64,000 nucleotides of DNA, taken from assembly GCA_043819795.1 (NCBI GenBank), contig JBDREN010000049.1:2379-66378 (forward strand), read 5' to 3'. Below the pieces are notes generated by a model. That model had not been told where the DNA came from. It made no database searches and saw only the letters and a program-made list of their open reading frames with translations. This stretch comes from Elusimicrobiota bacterium (GTDB lineage: Bacteria; Elusimicrobiota; Elusimicrobia; UBA1565). Both the position numbers and the translations under genes were made by a program. Within the stretch, counting starts at the first letter, position 1. Each line of letters opens with the position of its first letter. Shown here piece after piece: positions 9,270 to 18,830 of the stretch.

Positions 9270-10267
9270 CCAAAAATGGCGCCGTGCTCGCCGTGTCCGC
9301 CTTTCTGCTGAGCGTCTTCCCGCATGCCTCGCCGGCGGGAGAGGAAGCCCCGCCGCCCGTCGAGCTGGACTCCAACGGCAATCCCATCGGAGAGGCGGCC
9401 CTCAACTGCAGGGCGAACTATCCTCTTTTGCGCAAGAACGCGGACCTCATGGCCGCGCTCGCGGCGGCGCTGGAGAAGGCCGGATACAGCGAGGCGATAC
9501 GGAAAAGGAAGATGGCGGTTTCCATCGTCGATCTGACGGCCAAGAACCGCGTCTATTACGCGGGCATCAACGGCAACCACATGATGTACGCCGCCAGCCT
9601 CCCGAAGATAGCCGCGCTTCTGGCGTACGTCGAGGCGGTCAAGGACGGCCGGCTGCCCTGGAATGACGATGTCCGGAGGCGGCTCTCGCGCATGATCAAC
9701 GCATCGAGCAACAAGGACGCCACGTGGGCCATCGAGCAGGTGGGCCTCGATTACATCGAAAAGGTCCTGCGCAAGCAGGGCCGGTGTTTCTACGGCGACC
9801 GGTATGGAGGGCAATGGCTGGGCAAGCCGTACCGGAAGGAAAGCAAGGCGAAGAGGGACCCTTTGCGGGGATTGTCTCACGGCGCCACGACCCGCCAGAC
9901 CGCGAGATGGTTCGTTCTGCTGGACAAGGGTTTGCTCGCGGATCCGGTGGGGAGCAGGCGGATGATGGGGGTGATGAGTCCCCCGCAAAAGCGCCACAAA
10001 TTCGTCAAAGGGCTGAAGCCTCTCGGGGACGTCCGTATTCTGGCCAGAAAAAGCGGGACTTGGCGGACCTACCACTCCGACAGCATCCTGGTGGAGCATG
10101 AGAGCGGCGTCCGCTATGTGGCCGTCGGGATGCTGGACCACCCAAGGGGCGGGAGAATCCTCGTCGATCTGATAAGGATCGTCGACCGGCTGATGGTGGG
10201 AGGGAAACACCGCGTTCCTCGGGCGGAGCCCGGCGGGGGCGCCGGATCGCCCGAGATCCCGCGGTGA
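9266..10267 (+). CDS. Class A beta-lactamase-like serine hydrolase (paralog of the preceding gene), secreted
   Basis: Signal peptide. SLPK (S-x-x-K), ASSNKD (S-x-N), an RKE omega-loop-like triad and ARKSGTW (K-S-G). The start overlaps the upstream stop (ATGA). Confidence 0.65.
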   Translation: MTKNGAVLAVSAFLLSVFPHASPAGEEAPPPVELDSNGNPIGEAALNCRANYPLLRKNADLMAALAAALEKAGYSEAIRKRKMAVSIVDLTAKNRVYYAGINGNHMMYAASLPKIAALLAYVEAVKDGRLPWNDDVRRRLSRMINASSNKDATWAIEQVGLDYIEKVLRKQGRCFYGDRYGGQWLGKPYRKESKAKRDPLRGLSHGATTRQTARWFVLLDKGLLADPVGSRRMMGVMSPPQKRHKFVKGLKPLGDVRILARKSGTWRTYHSDSILVEHESGVRYVAVGMLDHPRGGRILVDLIRIVDRLMVGGKHRVPRAEPGGGAGSPEIPR

Positions 10268-10334
10268 GGGTCCGTCCCCGTCCGGACCGGTAGCTTTTCA
10301 GCTCGACCGGCGACGATCCTTCATCGGAGCTCGG

Positions 10335-10622
10335 TCAGTCGGTCCATTCCCGCGACCGAAGGGCCCGGACCTCGTCCTCGAGCTCGGACACCCGGTCTCT
10401 GAGGGTCAGCATCAAGTGGGCTATCCCGACGTCGACGCCGAGGGCGCGGCAGACGCGCTCTATGCGCCGCAGGCGCGGGAGGGCCCGCCGGTCCAGCTCG
10501 ACCCCCTCATCGGTCTCGCGGACCTCGATGACGGACTCTTCGATGGACCGCTGCAGGAAATCCGGCTCGATGAGCAGCGTCTCCGAAAGTCTGAGGATCT
10601 GCGACCGCCTAACCCGCCGCAT
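10335..10622 (-). CDS. cbpM: Chaperone modulator CbpM-like (MerR-like small protein)
   Basis: 95 aa, similar to E. coli CbpM. It sits immediately downstream of, and overlaps, a DnaJ-family gene, which is the classic cbpA-cbpM arrangement. Confidence 0.6.
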   Translation of the reverse strand: MRRVRRSQILRLSETLLIEPDFLQRSIEESVIEVRETDEGVELDRRALPRLRRIERVCRALGVDVGIAHLMLTLRDRVSELEDEVRALRSREWTD

Positions 10623-11595
10623 TCTGGTGCTCCTTCTTCAGCTCCCCCATCAGAGCCTCCGCCTTGTGCGACAGCTCGGACGGGATGTCGACCTCGATGC
10701 GGGCGTAGAGGTCACCGCGGCCCCGCCGCCCGCCGCCGAGTCCCTTGCCCGGGATGCGAAGCCGCGTACCGGCTCTGGTCCCTTTGGGAACGCGGATGCG
10801 CACCCGGCCGAGAGGAGTGGGGACCAGGACCTCCGCTCCGAGCGCGGCGTCCCACGGCATCACCCGGACGGCGGTCTCGATGTCGGAGCCGCTCACCTTG
10901 AACCTCGGATCGGGCTTGAGCCGGACGGTCAAATAAAGATCGCCCGGAGGCTGGCCGTCCCCCGACTTGTTGCCCTGGCCTTTGAGCCTGATCCTGCTGC
11001 CGTCGCGCAGGTCGGAAGGAAGGCGCGAGCGTATCTCCCGAGCGCTTCGCGTCTCTCCCGCGCCCCCGCAGGCCGGGCAGAACGCCTTCCCGGCGTGCCC
11101 CGCGCCCAGGCATTTCGGGCACACTCCCGTGACGGACATTGAAAAAGAGCGCTCTCCTCCCCGGACAGCCTCTTCCAGGGAAAGCTCGATGACCGCCTCG
11201 ATGTCCAGCGAGGCGGGCGGCGCGCTCCATCGCCCCCCAGCGTGGCCGCCGCCGAAGAAGCTTCGGAAGAAGTCGCTGAATATCTCGTCTCCCGAAGCGC
11301 CCGTCTCGAACCTGAAGGAGTCCCGGGCTCTCTCCTGGGCCGGCGGCGGGCGGAAGGCCTGCCCGTCCTTCCAGTGCTCGCCGAGCTGATCGTACTTCGC
11401 CCGGTTCTCGGCGCTGCCCAGGACCTCGTACGCCTCGTTGATCACCTGGAACGCCTTGGTGTGCTCGGCCTTGTCCTTGTCGGGATGAAGGTCGGGATGA
11501 TGCTCCCGGGCAAGACGCCGGTAAGCCTGCTTGATCTCGTCGGAGCTCGCGCCGCGCGGCACGCCCAGGATCTTGTAGTAGTCCTTGTATTTCAC
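10609..11595 (-). CDS. DnaJ-class co-chaperone, CbpA-like (J domain, partial Cys-rich region, DnaJ C-terminal domain)
   Basis: J-domain DYYKILGV...HPD. Only two CxxCxGxG repeats (CPKCLGAGH, CPACGGAGE). I set the start to GTG at 11593-11595 (VKYKDYYKILGV) with an AGG upstream; the track ORF extends to 11799 through a non-homologous leader. Confidence 0.75.
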   Translation of the reverse strand: MKYKDYYKILGVPRGASSDEIKQAYRRLAREHHPDLHPDKDKAEHTKAFQVINEAYEVLGSAENRAKYDQLGEHWKDGQAFRPPPAQERARDSFRFETGASGDEIFSDFFRSFFGGGHAGGRWSAPPASLDIEAVIELSLEEAVRGGERSFSMSVTGVCPKCLGAGHAGKAFCPACGGAGETRSAREIRSRLPSDLRDGSRIRLKGQGNKSGDGQPPGDLYLTVRLKPDPRFKVSGSDIETAVRVMPWDAALGAEVLVPTPLGRVRIRVPKGTRAGTRLRIPGKGLGGGRRGRGDLYARIEVDIPSELSHKAEALMGELKKEHQNAAG

Positions 11596-11743
11596 CAGTA
11601 CCTGCGATGGTATCAAAACCTGCACGACTCCGCCACCAGAAGGACATGCTCCTGGGCGCGGCTCTCCAAGCGAAATGCTAGAGTATCCGCGTCCCCGCGG
11701 ATACCCGCGTCGGATCGGATCGAAAAGTCTTAAGGAGGCGGCG

Positions 11744-12586
11744 ATGGAAATAACCTTCTGGGGATGTCGCGGATCGATCGCGTCTCCGGGGCAGGACACT
11801 CTTCGCTATGGGGGCAACAGCACCTGCCTGGAGATCCGTCCCCGCGAGGGCGGGGTCATCATCCTGGATGCGGGTTCCGGGATGCGTCATCTCGGCAAGA
11901 AGTTGGCGAAGGACGCGGGGATCAACGAGCTCTATCTGTTGCTGACGCACTCGCATTGGGACCATCTGTCGGGCTTCCCGTTCTTCGCGCCCGCCTACAT
12001 GGAGCGGTTCAAGATCAACGTCTATGGGGGGCCCAAGGCTCGGGAATCCCTTAAGCGCTATCTATCGCACCAGATGAGCGCGCCGTACTTCCCCATCGAA
12101 TTCCGCCACTTGAAGGCGACGTTCAACTTCGGCGACGAGTGCCCCCGCATGGAGGAAATAGGCCTCGTGGAGTTCAGCGCGATCCCTCTCAACCATCCCA
12201 ACGGCGGTTATGGATTCAAGCTTTCGAAGCTCGGCAAGAGCCTCGTCTTTCTCACGGACAACGAGCTCGATGGCCGGCATCCCGGCGGGCTCGGATGGAA
12301 GGACTACCTGGACTTCTGCCGCGGGACCGATTTGCTGATCCACGACGCCCAATACACGGACCAGGAGTACGAGAAGACCAGGGGGTGGGGCCACTCCTCA
12401 TATTCCAGCGCCACGCGCTTCGCCATCGAGTCCGGGGCGAGGAGATTCTGCATTTTCCATCACGATCCCGACAGGACCGACGACGACCTTGACCGCCAGG
12501 TGGAATACTGCGCTCGCCTAATACGGGAGGCAGGCGCATCCGTAGAGTGTTTCGCCGCCAGGGAGGGGATGTCGATCCGTCTCTAG
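11744..12586 (+). CDS. MBL-fold metallo-hydrolase
   Basis: THSHWDH (HxHxDH) motif. Start set at ATG 11744 (MEITFWGCRGS), which is preceded by TAAGGAGG; the track ORF from 11585 lacks an RBS. Confidence 0.75.
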   Translation: MEITFWGCRGSIASPGQDTLRYGGNSTCLEIRPREGGVIILDAGSGMRHLGKKLAKDAGINELYLLLTHSHWDHLSGFPFFAPAYMERFKINVYGGPKARESLKRYLSHQMSAPYFPIEFRHLKATFNFGDECPRMEEIGLVEFSAIPLNHPNGGYGFKLSKLGKSLVFLTDNELDGRHPGGLGWKDYLDFCRGTDLLIHDAQYTDQEYEKTRGWGHSSYSSATRFAIESGARRFCIFHHDPDRTDDDLDRQVEYCARLIREAGASVECFAAREGMSIRL

Positions 12587-12709
12587 GACGGATCTTCCGC
12601 CTCGGCGTCGCCGCGCTCGGGCTCCGCCCGGCGGTCGGCTCGCGCCCTTCGTGGCCGAGAGCGGGCGGAAAGGCTTCCCATGCGGCGACGGCCCGGCCAG
12701 GAAGCCCGC

Positions 12710-13045
12710 CTACCTGGACCCGGGCCTCTCCGTCACTTCCCGGTCTTCGGGAAAATTCGAGTTGAAGGAATACGACTTGACCGTCCCATCCGCGCTGAAT
12801 CGGACGTAGAGATCCCGGGTGTCGCGGGCTCCGAGCAGCCGCAGTCTATAGTGGACCCAAGTCGCCGTGGCGTCCCCGTCATCGAGGCCTCTGCGGTATG
12901 GTCCGCCGAGCTCGCGCAGGAGATCCTGCTCCGTGGTCTTCCCCGTCCGGATCTCCGGGACGCGGGAAACATCGAAGGGCCGCCCGATGGTCACGCATCC
13001 GACGGACATGAATGGAATCGCCAGCAATATCAAGAGCGCGCGCAT
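12710..13045 (-). CDS. Small outer-membrane lipoprotein, SmpA/OmlA (BamE-like)
   Basis: Lipobox ...MSVGC, ~110 aa, and the BamE-like pattern (TGKTTEQDLLRELGGP...W.Y...). Start set at the internal ATG 13045. Confidence 0.5.
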   Translation of the reverse strand: MRALLILLAIPFMSVGCVTIGRPFDVSRVPEIRTGKTTEQDLLRELGGPYRRGLDDGDATATWVHYRLRLLGARDTRDLYVRFSADGTVKSYSFNSNFPEDREVTERPGSR

Positions 13046-13441
13046 ACCGCCTCCCGGTCGGCTTCCCGCCGTTGTGCAGAGCCTCCCGCAGCTATCCCCG
13101 TCTGCGCCAAGATGGTACACTTTTGCGCAAGGCTCTTCCAGCTCACCGACGACGGCGCCATCGACGGCGGGAAGAGCGACGGCGTTCTCGCGGCGGAGAT
13201 CCCGATAGCGCCGGGGAGCCGGCGACGCGGGGCAAGCCTTGCGGCGCCGGGTTGACCCGCCGCAGGGGCGCGCGGCCGGCCGGAGAGACTCCATTAAAAG
13301 AAGCGGCCGGAACCGGCGGATTGTGCGCTATGCTGCGGCCCGCGGCGCCCCCCGGCCTATCGACGCGCGGGAGCGGCGCGGGCTAATAGGAGACGTGACT
13401 CCCGTGGATAGGCGACGCGGCGCCCTTCCGCCCAAAGGCGA

Positions 13442-15985
13442 ATGACTTTCCGGCGCGTCGGGCGATTGCTTCTCGTCGCTCTCGGCCTTGCCATGCTCTT
13501 GACCGCGGGAGGCATCGCCCTCCGCCTTCGCGATATGGCCGCCGAGCTCCGCCCCCGGCTGGAGAAAGCCGCATCCAAGCATCTGCGCAGGGAATTGACC
13601 ATCGGGGCCCTGGAGTGGCGCGCGTTTCCAGGGCCCGCCTTGATCGGCAGGAACGTCCTGCTGTTCGAGAAGGACGGCTCCCTTCTGGCGTCGAGCCCCG
13701 AGGTCGTCCTGGAGGCGGCCGTTGGGGAACTGTTGGGCGGGATGGTCGAGATCGAACAGATGACGATCTCTCGGCTGCAGACGCATCTGCTCCGCCGTTC
13801 GGACGGTCTCTGTCCGGTGGCCGAGATGGTGGGGGAGATCGCGCAGGGAGATGCGCCTTCCGGGGCCGACTCCGCGCTCTTCGGGGTCGGGTTCGGGATC
13901 CGCCGGATCGAGCTCACAACGGCGGACATACGCGCTTGGAAGGAAGACGCGCCGCTCGCGCGCACCAGGCTTCTGGCCGACGGCTTCGTCGTGCTCGGCG
14001 GATCGATGCCGTTCCGGCTGGCCGGTCGTTTGGAGCGGGCCGAATCGGGCGGCGACTTGGAGCTGGCGGGGACGTTCGTCCCCGGCCTGGCCGTCCACGC
14101 GAGATCGGAGGGGATGCCGCTGGACGCGCTCCGTGAGATCGCTCCCTCCATCGAGGGATGGACGGGAATGGCCGCGGGCGAGGCCGGCTTGCGGGACGAC
14201 GGCGCGGGGCTTCGCTGGGATGCGGCCGGCACCGTCAAGGGCCTTCGTCCGCCGGGGGAGGCCTCCCTCCCGGAGCTGACCGGCTCCTACGCGCTGTCGT
14301 CCCGTTCGACGTCCACGCTCGTGCTGGCCGCTTCGCATCCTGCGATCCGCGGATCGGCGCGGATGACGTGGGGGGACCCGGCTCGTCCGGGAGTGCGTGT
14401 GGATGTCGACGCGGACCACGTCGACGTCGGGGCGATCCGGGAGATGCTGCTTCGGCCGGCGGGCGAGGCCGGCGTCCCGAGCGACGCGTCGTTCAGGCCC
14501 CCTCCATGGAGACTGTCCGCGCGGATCGGCGGTCTCAGATGGGGCGAGGAGGTCTTGAGACATGCCGTCTTCGAGGGGGCGGGCGCTTCCGACGGCTCGC
14601 TGAAGGCGGGGCCGATCAGCGCCGAGGGATTCGGAGGGCGGTTGCGGGCGGAGATATCGGTCCAGCCGTCCTCCGGACCGGCCGCGGGCTGGAGCGCGCG
14701 CCATGCGCGGCTGGAATGGAGAGCGCGGGACATGCGGCTCGAGCGGGTCCTCCGCGCGCGCGGGTGGCCGCTGAGGGCTTCAGGCACGGTCTCCGGAAGG
14801 GGACGATGGGAGGGGCCGCTGGGGGGACTGCCCGATCTCCATGGCTCGGGACGGGCCGAGCTGATTCTGCGAGAGATCTTTTCCGCGGATATAAGCAGCA
14901 CCACCCCCTTGCTGCCTGAGGTGCGGGGCAAGATCGCGTGGGAGCCGCGGGAGCCCTGGAGCATCGAGCTGAATGCGGGCGACGACTGGTCGGTCCGGGC
15001 CCATGCGCACCCGCCCCCCCTGCGTCGTCTCTCGGCCGAGATCGAGGGGAAGACGCTGGACTTCGAACGCCTCTCCGGATGGACCGCGCTTGTGCGCGAG
15101 GCCGAGGCGCCGGACCCCGGCCGCCCCGCCGATGACGGGTGGGCCATAGACGCTCAGGTGAAGTTCCAGCAGGCCCGATTTCGCGAGGTCCAGCTCGAGG
15201 AGCTGGCCTTGGTGCTGGAGAAGAGGCCGGAGGGACCTGTCCGCATCTCGGGCTTGCGCGCCCGGGGTATGGGAGGCGTTCTGGAGGCCGATCTGGAGCT
15301 ATCCCTCCCCGCGCGGGGAGACCCGCCTGGGCCCGCGTTCTACGGCATCCGATGGAGCACCGATGGAATGGACGTGGAGAGACTCCTGCGCTCTTTCGGC
15401 GCGAAATACATGATATCGGGCGTCGGACGGACCAGCGGCCGCCTGAGAGGGCCCTTGGATCGGCTGAAATGGGGGCATGCAACGGGGACTATCGACATCG
15501 AGGTCGGGGATGGGAACGTCTGGCAGGCTCCCGCCCTCGTCAAAGCCCTATCGACGCTGAGCGTCACATCGGCCTTGCGCAGAATAGGACGAAAGGCCGA
15601 TGTCGGCTTCCCTTTCCGCACTGGGCGGGCTCAGATCGAGCTGGGCGGCGGCAAAGCGGTCATCCGCGCTCCTGCGCACCTTGAGAACCCCAGCCTCAAG
15701 ATCGCCTTCATCGGAACCTACGACCTGGCTGAAGAGACGATAGACGGACGCTTTGTGATCTATTTCCTCACGGTCGTGGACGAGGTCCTGCGCGTAGTCC
15801 CCGGCGTACGCAGACTGCTGTTCAACAAGCGCATGGGGCTGGTGCCCATCTGGGTCGAGGTGAAGGGTCCCCGCCAGGACCCGAAAGTCACGATCCTCCC
15901 GGCAAGGTCGATCTCCGATGCTCTCTGGCAGCCGGTGAGCAGCGTCTTCCACCTCCCGCTGGACCTCATCAAGAAAGCCGAATAG
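13442..15985 (+). CDS. AsmA family outer-membrane biogenesis protein
   Basis: N-terminal TM anchor, 847 aa, long repetitive beta-rich body and a C-terminal AsmA-like region. Confidence 0.65.
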   Translation: MTFRRVGRLLLVALGLAMLLTAGGIALRLRDMAAELRPRLEKAASKHLRRELTIGALEWRAFPGPALIGRNVLLFEKDGSLLASSPEVVLEAAVGELLGGMVEIEQMTISRLQTHLLRRSDGLCPVAEMVGEIAQGDAPSGADSALFGVGFGIRRIELTTADIRAWKEDAPLARTRLLADGFVVLGGSMPFRLAGRLERAESGGDLELAGTFVPGLAVHARSEGMPLDALREIAPSIEGWTGMAAGEAGLRDDGAGLRWDAAGTVKGLRPPGEASLPELTGSYALSSRSTSTLVLAASHPAIRGSARMTWGDPARPGVRVDVDADHVDVGAIREMLLRPAGEAGVPSDASFRPPPWRLSARIGGLRWGEEVLRHAVFEGAGASDGSLKAGPISAEGFGGRLRAEISVQPSSGPAAGWSARHARLEWRARDMRLERVLRARGWPLRASGTVSGRGRWEGPLGGLPDLHGSGRAELILREIFSADISSTTPLLPEVRGKIAWEPREPWSIELNAGDDWSVRAHAHPPPLRRLSAEIEGKTLDFERLSGWTALVREAEAPDPGRPADDGWAIDAQVKFQQARFREVQLEELALVLEKRPEGPVRISGLRARGMGGVLEADLELSLPARGDPPGPAFYGIRWSTDGMDVERLLRSFGAKYMISGVGRTSGRLRGPLDRLKWGHATGTIDIEVGDGNVWQAPALVKALSTLSVTSALRRIGRKADVGFPFRTGRAQIELGGGKAVIRAPAHLENPSLKIAFIGTYDLAEETIDGRFVIYFLTVVDEVLRVVPGVRRLLFNKRMGLVPIWVEVKGPRQDPKVTILPARSISDALWQPVSSVFHLPLDLIKKAE

Positions 15986-16280
15986 AATCGGATCGCCGGG
16001 GATCGTGTCGCCTGCGCGCTCCCCGCGGTCCGCGCCGCCGCGCAGTGGTCAAGACAGGACCCGTTCCCGGCTCGTTGGAATTCCCGCTGCGCGGCAGACC
16101 CATGGGATTTCCGGGCGCGTCAATCGCCCCGGAACCGCCAATGGAAAGCGCGGCACCGCGGGACGATGAGACAGGTGCGGCTTGATACGATGACGCAGGA
16201 GATGCCGGCTCCCGCGCTTCGCAAGGGGTTTTTCAGCACCCTGCTGGCGGGCCGGAGAATTCGGGCGCCGGCCGTGCGGC

Positions 16281-17759
16281 TCAGAGATAGGGGGAGAGCA
16301 GCCGGACGGCGGCGTCCCTGAGCCTCGCGGCGCGATTGCGCAGCATAAGATCCGCGAGTTTGAGCTCCCTCGCGGAGCGGCGTTTGCGGGCCGCGATCCG
16401 CTCCAGCGCGGCGGCCAGGCCCGGGCTGTAGCATTCCAGGTTGAATTCGAAGTTCAGAGCCAGGCTCCTGGGGTCCCAGTTCCCCGATCCGAGAAGGGCC
16501 CAGGACGAATCAACGAGCATCAGCTTGCTGTGGTCGAACGGAGGCGGCGAAAGCCATATCCTGCACCCGCGGGCGAGCAGCTCCGGCAGCAGGGGGTAGG
16601 AGGCCCACTGGACCAGCCGCAGGTTGGAGCGCTCCGGCAGGAGGATGTCCACGCGTACGCCGGCCATGGCCGCCACGCACAGCGCCGTGACCAGCGCCTC
16701 GTCCGGGAGGAAATAGGGCGTCACGACGATCACCGAGCGCCCGGCGCACTCGATCGCGCCCAAGAGCGTCCAGCGCAGCTTGTCGAAATCCTCGTCGGGG
16801 CCGTCGGCGATGCCGCGGGCGAGGACTCCCCCGGCCTCGGCGAGCGGCGGGAACCAGGCCTCTTCCGAAAGACGCTCGCCCGTGCAGAAGAACCAGTCCT
16901 CCGCGAAGACCTCCTGCAGGTCGGCCACCACCGGCCCCTCGACCCGGAAGTGCAGGTCTCGGATCCGCGGGGGCTCCGCGTCCCGCCCTTGGTAGGACTG
17001 GCCGATGTTCAGGCCGCCCGTGAAGCCGGTCCGTCCGTCGGCGACCAGGATCTTCCTGTGGCTGCGCAGGTTCACGTAGGGCATGCCCCACGGGATCATC
17101 GTGGGCATGAAATGCGCGACCCGCACGCCGGCGCGGCGGAGCGAGGACGTGATGGGAGGGACCGAGTAGCGCGCGCCCACGTCGTCTATCAGGACGCGGA
17201 CCTGGACCCCGCGCCGCACGGCGCGGCCGAGGGCCTCCCGGAACGTCGCCCCGACCGCGTCGTTGGAGAAGATATAGGAAGCCAGCGATACGGACCGTTC
17301 GGCCTCGTCGACGGCGCGCAACATCGCCGGGTAGGCCTGCGAGCCGTCTTGAAGCGGGAGTATCCGGTTTCCCGCGAGCAGCGGCCTTCGCGTCACATTG
17401 TCCATCACCCTCGCCAACGGAAGAAGGTGGCGCCGATCGGGCCCCAGGACGGCTCGCAGCGCTTCCGTCCCGGCGGCCTCGCGGCGGCGCGCGAACCGGA
17501 GCTTGCTCGCCCCCTTGCGCAGGCGCACGGCCTTCCTGCGGATCCGGTTGATGCCGAGCAGCATATAGACGCCGGCTCCGATCACCGGGGCGAGCCAGAT
17601 GAGGCCGATCCATCCCGTCGCCGCCCTGGAGTCCCGTTTGTTGACGAGGACGTGGACGGACGCCGCCACGGTGATCGCGAGGGTGAGGGCCCCGGCGATG
17701 TGGGGCTGAAACTGCCGGATCGTCTCGAGAATCGTCGCCGCGATGAGACCTGAGTTCAT
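16281..17759 (-). CDS. cls: Cardiolipin synthase (phospholipase D superfamily, two HKD motifs)
   Basis: Two N-terminal TM helices. HKD motifs HRKILVADG and HSKLMLVDSSWALLGSGN. Confidence 0.85.
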   Translation of the reverse strand: MNSGLIAATILETIRQFQPHIAGALTLAITVAASVHVLVNKRDSRAATGWIGLIWLAPVIGAGVYMLLGINRIRRKAVRLRKGASKLRFARRREAAGTEALRAVLGPDRRHLLPLARVMDNVTRRPLLAGNRILPLQDGSQAYPAMLRAVDEAERSVSLASYIFSNDAVGATFREALGRAVRRGVQVRVLIDDVGARYSVPPITSSLRRAGVRVAHFMPTMIPWGMPYVNLRSHRKILVADGRTGFTGGLNIGQSYQGRDAEPPRIRDLHFRVEGPVVADLQEVFAEDWFFCTGERLSEEAWFPPLAEAGGVLARGIADGPDEDFDKLRWTLLGAIECAGRSVIVVTPYFLPDEALVTALCVAAMAGVRVDILLPERSNLRLVQWASYPLLPELLARGCRIWLSPPPFDHSKLMLVDSSWALLGSGNWDPRSLALNFEFNLECYSPGLAAALERIAARKRRSARELKLADLMLRNRAARLRDAAVRLLSPYL

Positions 17760-17888
17760 CCGGATGGCGAAGGCTGCGGGCTCATGGTCTTCTCCAGGAA
17801 AAGTATATCTCTTTTCATCGAGGCGGCCGCACGCATGGCCGGGCCCGGGAACTTCCGCCCGGCGGCCGCGTAGTGAAGGACGGGGAGG

Positions 17889-18827
17889 GTGGCAGCCAGT
17901 CCATCGTCATCGATGAGCCTTTCTTTGGGCCGCATCACGGCCGGCCTTCGCGTCCGCGATCGCTCTCACGACGCGCTGCGCCGGCGCGTGCTCCGGCTTT
18001 CATCCCCGTTCAGTATCCGGCGTCAGTTGCGCCGCCTGGCCCAAGCGCGCGCGGATCCCGGCAAGACCGTCCGGTTCGCGGTCCTGGGAGACTGCGAGCC
18101 GGGGCGGTTCCGGGTCACGCGGGCCCTGTTCGGCTCGCCGGGGGCCTTTCAGCGGCTGATGGCCGCGATCGCCGAGAGGGAGCCGGAGTTCCTCCTACAG
18201 CTCGGCGACATGGTCAGCCGGGGCACCCTGCGCAACTATGAGCGCCTTTTCGAGACCCTCGCGGAGCTCGATCCGGCCTTCCCGTTCCTCCCCGTGCCCG
18301 GGAACCACGAACGGAGGTCTCCGCATCTGCGGTCGGATTCGCGGCTGTTCCGCGCCTGCTTCGGGAAGAGCAACTACGCGTTCGACCACGGTCCGGCGCG
18401 CTTCGTGGCGGTCGATACCAGCGACCGGCGGCTGACGCGATTGCAGCTGTCCTGGCTGGACCGCGTTCTGCGCACCCCCCTTCGAAAGCTCGTCTTCACC
18501 CACTTCCCGCCGCGTCCCCTGAGGGAATGGACTTCCGTGCTCCGCGTCCCGATGGCGGCCGGCTTCCGCAAGGGGGCGGAGGCGTTCGTCAGGCTCGCGT
18601 CCGCTCATCGGGTGGACCGGGTGTACGTCGGCCACATCCACGCGCTGGCCTCGACGCGCCACGGGGGCGTGGGATACGTCCTCTCCGGCGCCGGGGGTTC
18701 CCCGCTCTATCCCTGGCCGGTGGGCGAGAGAAGGCATCACTTTCTGATCGTACGAGCCGGTCCGCGCGGGATCCGGGAGGAGGTCCGCTACCTCGACGGA
18801 AGCTCGAAGCCGCTGGTCCCGTCCTGA
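17889..18827 (+). CDS. Calcineurin-like metallophosphoesterase
   Basis: GDxxxRG (LQLGDMVSRG), GNHE and GHIH motifs. The exact start is uncertain. Confidence 0.7.
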   Translation: MAASPSSSMSLSLGRITAGLRVRDRSHDALRRRVLRLSSPFSIRRQLRRLAQARADPGKTVRFAVLGDCEPGRFRVTRALFGSPGAFQRLMAAIAEREPEFLLQLGDMVSRGTLRNYERLFETLAELDPAFPFLPVPGNHERRSPHLRSDSRLFRACFGKSNYAFDHGPARFVAVDTSDRRLTRLQLSWLDRVLRTPLRKLVFTHFPPRPLREWTSVLRVPMAAGFRKGAEAFVRLASAHRVDRVYVGHIHALASTRHGGVGYVLSGAGGSPLYPWPVGERRHHFLIVRAGPRGIREEVRYLDGSSKPLVPS

Positions 18828-18830
18828 GCG

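Noticed and set aside
12587-12709. Convergent-gene gap with a weak hairpin (ggcttcc...ggaagcc)
   Set aside because: The stem is only ~7 bp with a 20-nt loop and no U-tract, so this is not a convincing terminator.
16120-16434. 104-aa minus-strand ORF overlapping the 3' end of the cardiolipin synthase gene
   Set aside because: Arg-rich low-complexity product, same strand as and overlapping cls in another frame, and no RBS.
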